Source: an uncultured bacterium (GTDB taxonomy: Bacteria > Krumholzibacteriota > Krumholzibacteriia > LZORAL124-64-63). Taken from it: DNA of 64,000 nt. The notes beneath the pieces are model-generated. The model had not been told where the DNA came from. It worked only from the letters and a program-made list of their open reading frames with translations, and did not search any database. Position numbers and translations under genes: made by a program. Where the stretch lies: assembly GCA_963732385.1 (NCBI GenBank), contig CAVSZB010000007.1:832001-896000 (forward strand). The letters run 5' to 3'. Below are positions 60,940 through 64,000 of this stretch, piece after piece; positions within the stretch are counted from its first letter, which is position 1; every line of letters begins with the position of its first letter.

Positions 60940-61399
60940 GGTAACAACGGCGGCGAAGAGGACCGGCGCGGCATCCGGTGGCGCACCCGACAAACTCCGA
61001 CCGCGTGGCGAGCCGGGACCTGCCGCCGCCACGGCGGCAGGGACGCCGCACCTCCCAGCCGGAATCCGACCGGTCGGCGCCCGGGCCATGCCCATAAGAG
61101 AGAATTACAAATCGTATAGGGATGGCCTGTTACAGTATTTTCCGAGAAAACGAATGAACTTCCGATAATGATGGCCTGACGCCGGCGCCGCGACAGGGCG
61201 ACCCGTGAGGCCGGCGCCCGCCGCCGCGCGCCCGGTTCGGGCAGGTTCGCAGCCGGCAGGCCGGCTGCGCGGTCAGGAGCGCAGGGTGATCGTCTGGACG
61301 CAGACCCTGGCGCAGCCAGAGCATACCCATCCTTTCACCTCGGGGCACCTGATTCCGGCGATCGTCACCCTGGACGCGATCCCGCTTCTTCTCCGGCCC

Positions 61400-61430
61400 T
61401 TGACAGGGCGGTAATACGTAGTATTAATAC
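61400..61430 (+). promoter_or_regulatory. Sigma70-like promoter overlapped by a palindromic operator
   Basis: TTGACA at 61400; TAATAC-GTA-GTATTA inverted repeat and perfect palindrome GTATTAATAC over the spacer/-10. Confidence 0.75.
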
Positions 61431-61471
61431 CGACTCGCATGTCCTCATGCTTCGACTAGAGGATAGTCGTC

Positions 61472-61765
61472 ATGCCGAACCACAAGTCGGAAATCATCAC
61501 CTTCAAAGCGGATCGTGCGCTGCTGCAGGCGATGCAGGGGCTGCCCAACCGCTCCGAATTCATCCGGTCGGCCGTGCTTGCAGCGCTCGACAGCGCCTGT
61601 CCGCTCTGCCGCGGCACCGGCATCCTGAGCGCGCAGCAGCGGCAGCACTGGTCCACCTTCGCACGCAGCCACACGGTTCAGGAGTGCACCGACTGCCACG
61701 AGTGGCACTTGGTGTGCGGTCAAGGCGAGCCCCCGGAGAAGAACAGCCATGTCGCACAGGACTGA
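61472..61765 (+). CDS. Ribbon-helix-helix (CopG-like) regulator with Cys/His metal-binding C-terminus
   Basis: IITFKAD...NRSEFIRSAV (RHH pattern); CPLC, HW, H, CTDCH, HLVC; GAGG RBS. Confidence 0.8.
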   Translation: MPNHKSEIITFKADRALLQAMQGLPNRSEFIRSAVLAALDSACPLCRGTGILSAQQRQHWSTFARSHTVQECTDCHEWHLVCGQGEPPEKNSHVAQD

Positions 61766-62687
61766 ACACTGTCTGCGACGACTCGCTGTGACGCTGCTGC
61801 TGCTGGGGATCGGTCTGGCGAGCCGGCCGGCCACGCCCGCGGGGCTCGCCGCGCCCGGACCCGCGACGCCTTCGGCGCTCATGACGTTCGTGACGATCCT
61901 GCCCCAGGCGTATCTGGTCCAGACGATCGCCGGCCCTCACGCGCGCGTGGAGGTGCTCGTGGGGCCGGGCCAGTCGGCTGAGACATACGAACCGACGCCC
62001 CGCCAGATGGCGGCGCTCGACGACGCCGTCGTCTATTTCCGGATCGGCGTCCCCTGCGAACGTTCCCTGCTGCCCAAGATCGCCAGACTCCATCCCGAAC
62101 TGCCGATCGTTGACGTGCGCCAGGGGATCCGCCTGCGCCCGTGGGAAGGCGACGACGGCCACGGCCACGACGAGGGCGACCCCCACATCTGGCTCGACCC
62201 CGCGCTGGCGCGGACCCAGGCCCGCACCATCGCCGCCACCCTCGCGCGGCTCGACCCGGCGCGCGCGGAGGCCTACGCCGCAGGGCTGGCGCGCCTCGAT
62301 GCCGAATTGTCCGCCACCGAAGCGGAGGTGGCGCGACTCCTGTCGCCATGGCGCGGCCGCTCCTTCTATGTGTTCCACCCCGCCTTCGCCTACCTCGGCG
62401 CCCCCTTCGGGCTGCGCCAGGTCGCCGTCCAGCGGGGCGGACGCGAACCGGCAGCGCGTGAACTGGCGGCGCTGATCGATCAGGCGCGGCGCGAGGGGGT
62501 ACGCGCGATCTTCATCCAGCCGCAGTACGCCCCGCGCAGCGCGCTCACGGTGGCCGAGGCGATCGGGGCGCGGCTCGTGCCGCTCGACGATCTCGCGCCC
62601 GACTATCCGGCCAACCTGCGCCGGATGGCGGCGGCCCTTGCGCAGTCGTTCACCGCCGATCCGGCCACCGCGCGAGAGCAGCCGTGA
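61749..62687 (+). CDS. znuA: Metal ABC transporter substrate-binding protein (ZnuA/cluster A-I)
   Basis: Signal peptide; TYEPTP, HGHDEGDPHIWLDP, FHPAFAY. Confidence 0.88.
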   Translation: MSHRTEHCLRRLAVTLLLLGIGLASRPATPAGLAAPGPATPSALMTFVTILPQAYLVQTIAGPHARVEVLVGPGQSAETYEPTPRQMAALDDAVVYFRIGVPCERSLLPKIARLHPELPIVDVRQGIRLRPWEGDDGHGHDEGDPHIWLDPALARTQARTIAATLARLDPARAEAYAAGLARLDAELSATEAEVARLLSPWRGRSFYVFHPAFAYLGAPFGLRQVAVQRGGREPAARELAALIDQARREGVRAIFIQPQYAPRSALTVAEAIGARLVPLDDLAPDYPANLRRMAAALAQSFTADPATAREQP

Positions 62688-63463
62688 ACGCCGTCCCGGC
62701 CATTGCCGTCGGCGACCTCGCCTTCGCCTATCCGGGCGAGCCTCCGGTGCTCGAGGAGGTGACCTTCACGATCGCCGAGGGCGATTTCGTCAGCGTGGTC
62801 GGTCCCAACGGCGGCGGCAAGACGACGCTGCTGCGGCTGCTGCTCGGACTGCTCTCACCCTCGCGCGGCCAGGTGCGTCTTTTCGGCCTGCCGCCGGAGC
62901 AGGCGCGCCGTCAGATCGGCTACATGCCGCAGCACCCACAGCTCGATCCGCACTTCCCGGTCAGCGCTCGCGACGTGGTGCTGATGGGCTGTCTCGGTCC
63001 CGGCCGGCCGCGCGGCCTGTTCGGCCGCGACGACAAGGACGCTGCGCGGCGGGCCCTGGCCGAGGTCGGGCTCGAGGAGATGGAACGGCGCCCGTTCGCC
63101 GCCCTCTCCAGCGGACAGAAGCAGCGGGTGCTCATCGCCCGCGCCCTCGCCTGCTCGCCACGCCTGCTGTTGCTCGATGAGCCGACCGCCAACCTCGATC
63201 TCCACGTCGAGGGTGAACTGTACGCACTGCTGCGCGAGCTCAACCGCCGGCTCACGGTCGTACTGGTTTCCCACGATCTCGGCTTCGTCTCACGGTACGT
63301 GCGGACGGTCGTCTGCGTGAAGCGACGGGTGGCCGTCCACCCGACCAGCGAGATCACCGGCGAAATCATCCGTGACATGTACGGCGGCGACGTGCGGGTC
63401 GTGCGCCACGATCACGACGTGCCCTGCGCGGCCGCCGAACCGCCCGGAGGGGACGGCGCGTGA
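62684..63463 (+). CDS. znuC: Metal ABC transporter ATP-binding protein
   Basis: GPNGGGKTT, IGYMPQ, LSSGQKQR, LDEPT, SHD, His-rich tail. Confidence 0.9.
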   Translation: MNAVPAIAVGDLAFAYPGEPPVLEEVTFTIAEGDFVSVVGPNGGGKTTLLRLLLGLLSPSRGQVRLFGLPPEQARRQIGYMPQHPQLDPHFPVSARDVVLMGCLGPGRPRGLFGRDDKDAARRALAEVGLEEMERRPFAALSSGQKQRVLIARALACSPRLLLLDEPTANLDLHVEGELYALLRELNRRLTVVLVSHDLGFVSRYVRTVVCVKRRVAVHPTSEITGEIIRDMYGGDVRVVRHDHDVPCAAAEPPGGDGA

Positions 63464-64000
63464 GCGAATTCCTGCACGCCCTCAACACGCACGCCTTCCT
63501 GCAGCACGCCTTTCTGACCGGACTGCTGGCCAGCGTGGCCTGCGGCGTGGTCGGCAGCTACGTCGTGGCCCGGCGCATCACCTACATCGCCGGCGCCATC
63601 GCGCACTGCGTGCTCGGCGGCATCGGCGCGGCGCGCTGGCTGAACGTGGTCGGCGGCTGGACCTGGCTGCAGCCGCTCCACGGCGCGATCGCGGCGGCGC
63701 TGCTGGCGGCGCTCGTCATCGGGGTCGTCAGCCTGCGCTCCCGGCAGCGCGAAGACACCGTGATCGGGGCGATCTGGGCGATCGGCATGGCGGCCGGCAT
63801 CCTTTTCATCGCGCGCACACCGGGCTACCAGGAGGATCTCCTCGGCTATCTCTTCGGCAACATCCTGATGGTGTCGCGCGGCGATCTCTGGCTGGTGGCC
63901 GGTCTCGACGCGCTGGTCCTCGGCCTCGGGCTCCTCTTCTACCACCAGTTCCTGGCCGTCTGCTTCGACAGCGAGTTCGCCCGGCTCCGTGGCGTTCGCG
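63460..64000 (+). CDS. znuB: Metal ABC transporter permease (ZnuB-like), truncated by window edge
   Basis: Manual translation: MSEFLHAL...ACGVVGSYVVARR...AIAHCVLGG...EDTVIG...YLFGNIL. Confidence 0.9.
   Translation, partial: MSEFLHALNTHAFLQHAFLTGLLASVACGVVGSYVVARRITYIAGAIAHCVLGGIGAARWLNVVGGWTWLQPLHGAIAAALLAALVIGVVSLRSRQREDTVIGAIWAIGMAAGILFIARTPGYQEDLLGYLFGNILMVSRGDLWLVAGLDALVLGLGLLFYHQFLAVCFDSEFARLRGVR

Noticed and set aside
60960..61395. GC hairpins (61019-61041, ~61249-61268) and small ORFs in the cheA-regulator intergenic region as a riboswitch or sRNA
   Set aside because: No recognisable riboswitch consensus; hairpins are expected at this GC content; an Rfam/Infernal scan would be needed

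Overview
High-GC bacterial chromosomal window, mostly housekeeping genes on the minus strand. The organism makes LPS (waaA, GT9 glycosyltransferase) yet has a divIVA/ylm-type cluster, FlgD-Ig-tailed secreted proteins and a C-terminal 'SW..VK.LY' tail. From recall, these traits fit an FCB-related candidate lineage such as Krumholzibacteriota/Latescibacterota; this is inference, not a search result. Contents in order: hemW-lepB-lepA, tRNA-Sec, ridA-glmS-glmM, tRNA-Thr/Phe, a two-component pair, galE, uvrA, mazG, a TSP3-repeat protein, two CNNM/CBS proteins, GT9-waaA-radical SAM, queC/queE, an M49 peptidase, tRNA-Asp, a coupled C25 protease-SpoIID/LytB-NagZ operon, two small secreted-protein genes full of frameshifts (one with a dockerin-like duplication, one with a putative C-terminal sorting tail), tRNA-Val, mltG-yqgF-rsbW-STAS, rluD-lspA-dksA-ileS-PNP-divIVA-yggT-yggS, a KaiC/RecA-like ATPase with fusA, kbl, fba, a sigma28-type cheA-fapA-cheX-cheY-cheY-cheX cluster, and an RHH/Cys-His regulator heading a znuACB-like operon. 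Best candidates for undescribed biology: (1) a putative surface-display/sorting system at 32.1-38.2 kb (dockerin-like protein + tailed partner + PorU-like C25 enzyme); (2) a non-Zur ribbon-helix-helix metalloregulator with a TAATAC palindromic operator over its own promoter. No CRISPR, integrase, transposase or rRNA was seen. Start codons were placed by hand from RBS and stop/start overlaps and may be off by a few codons.
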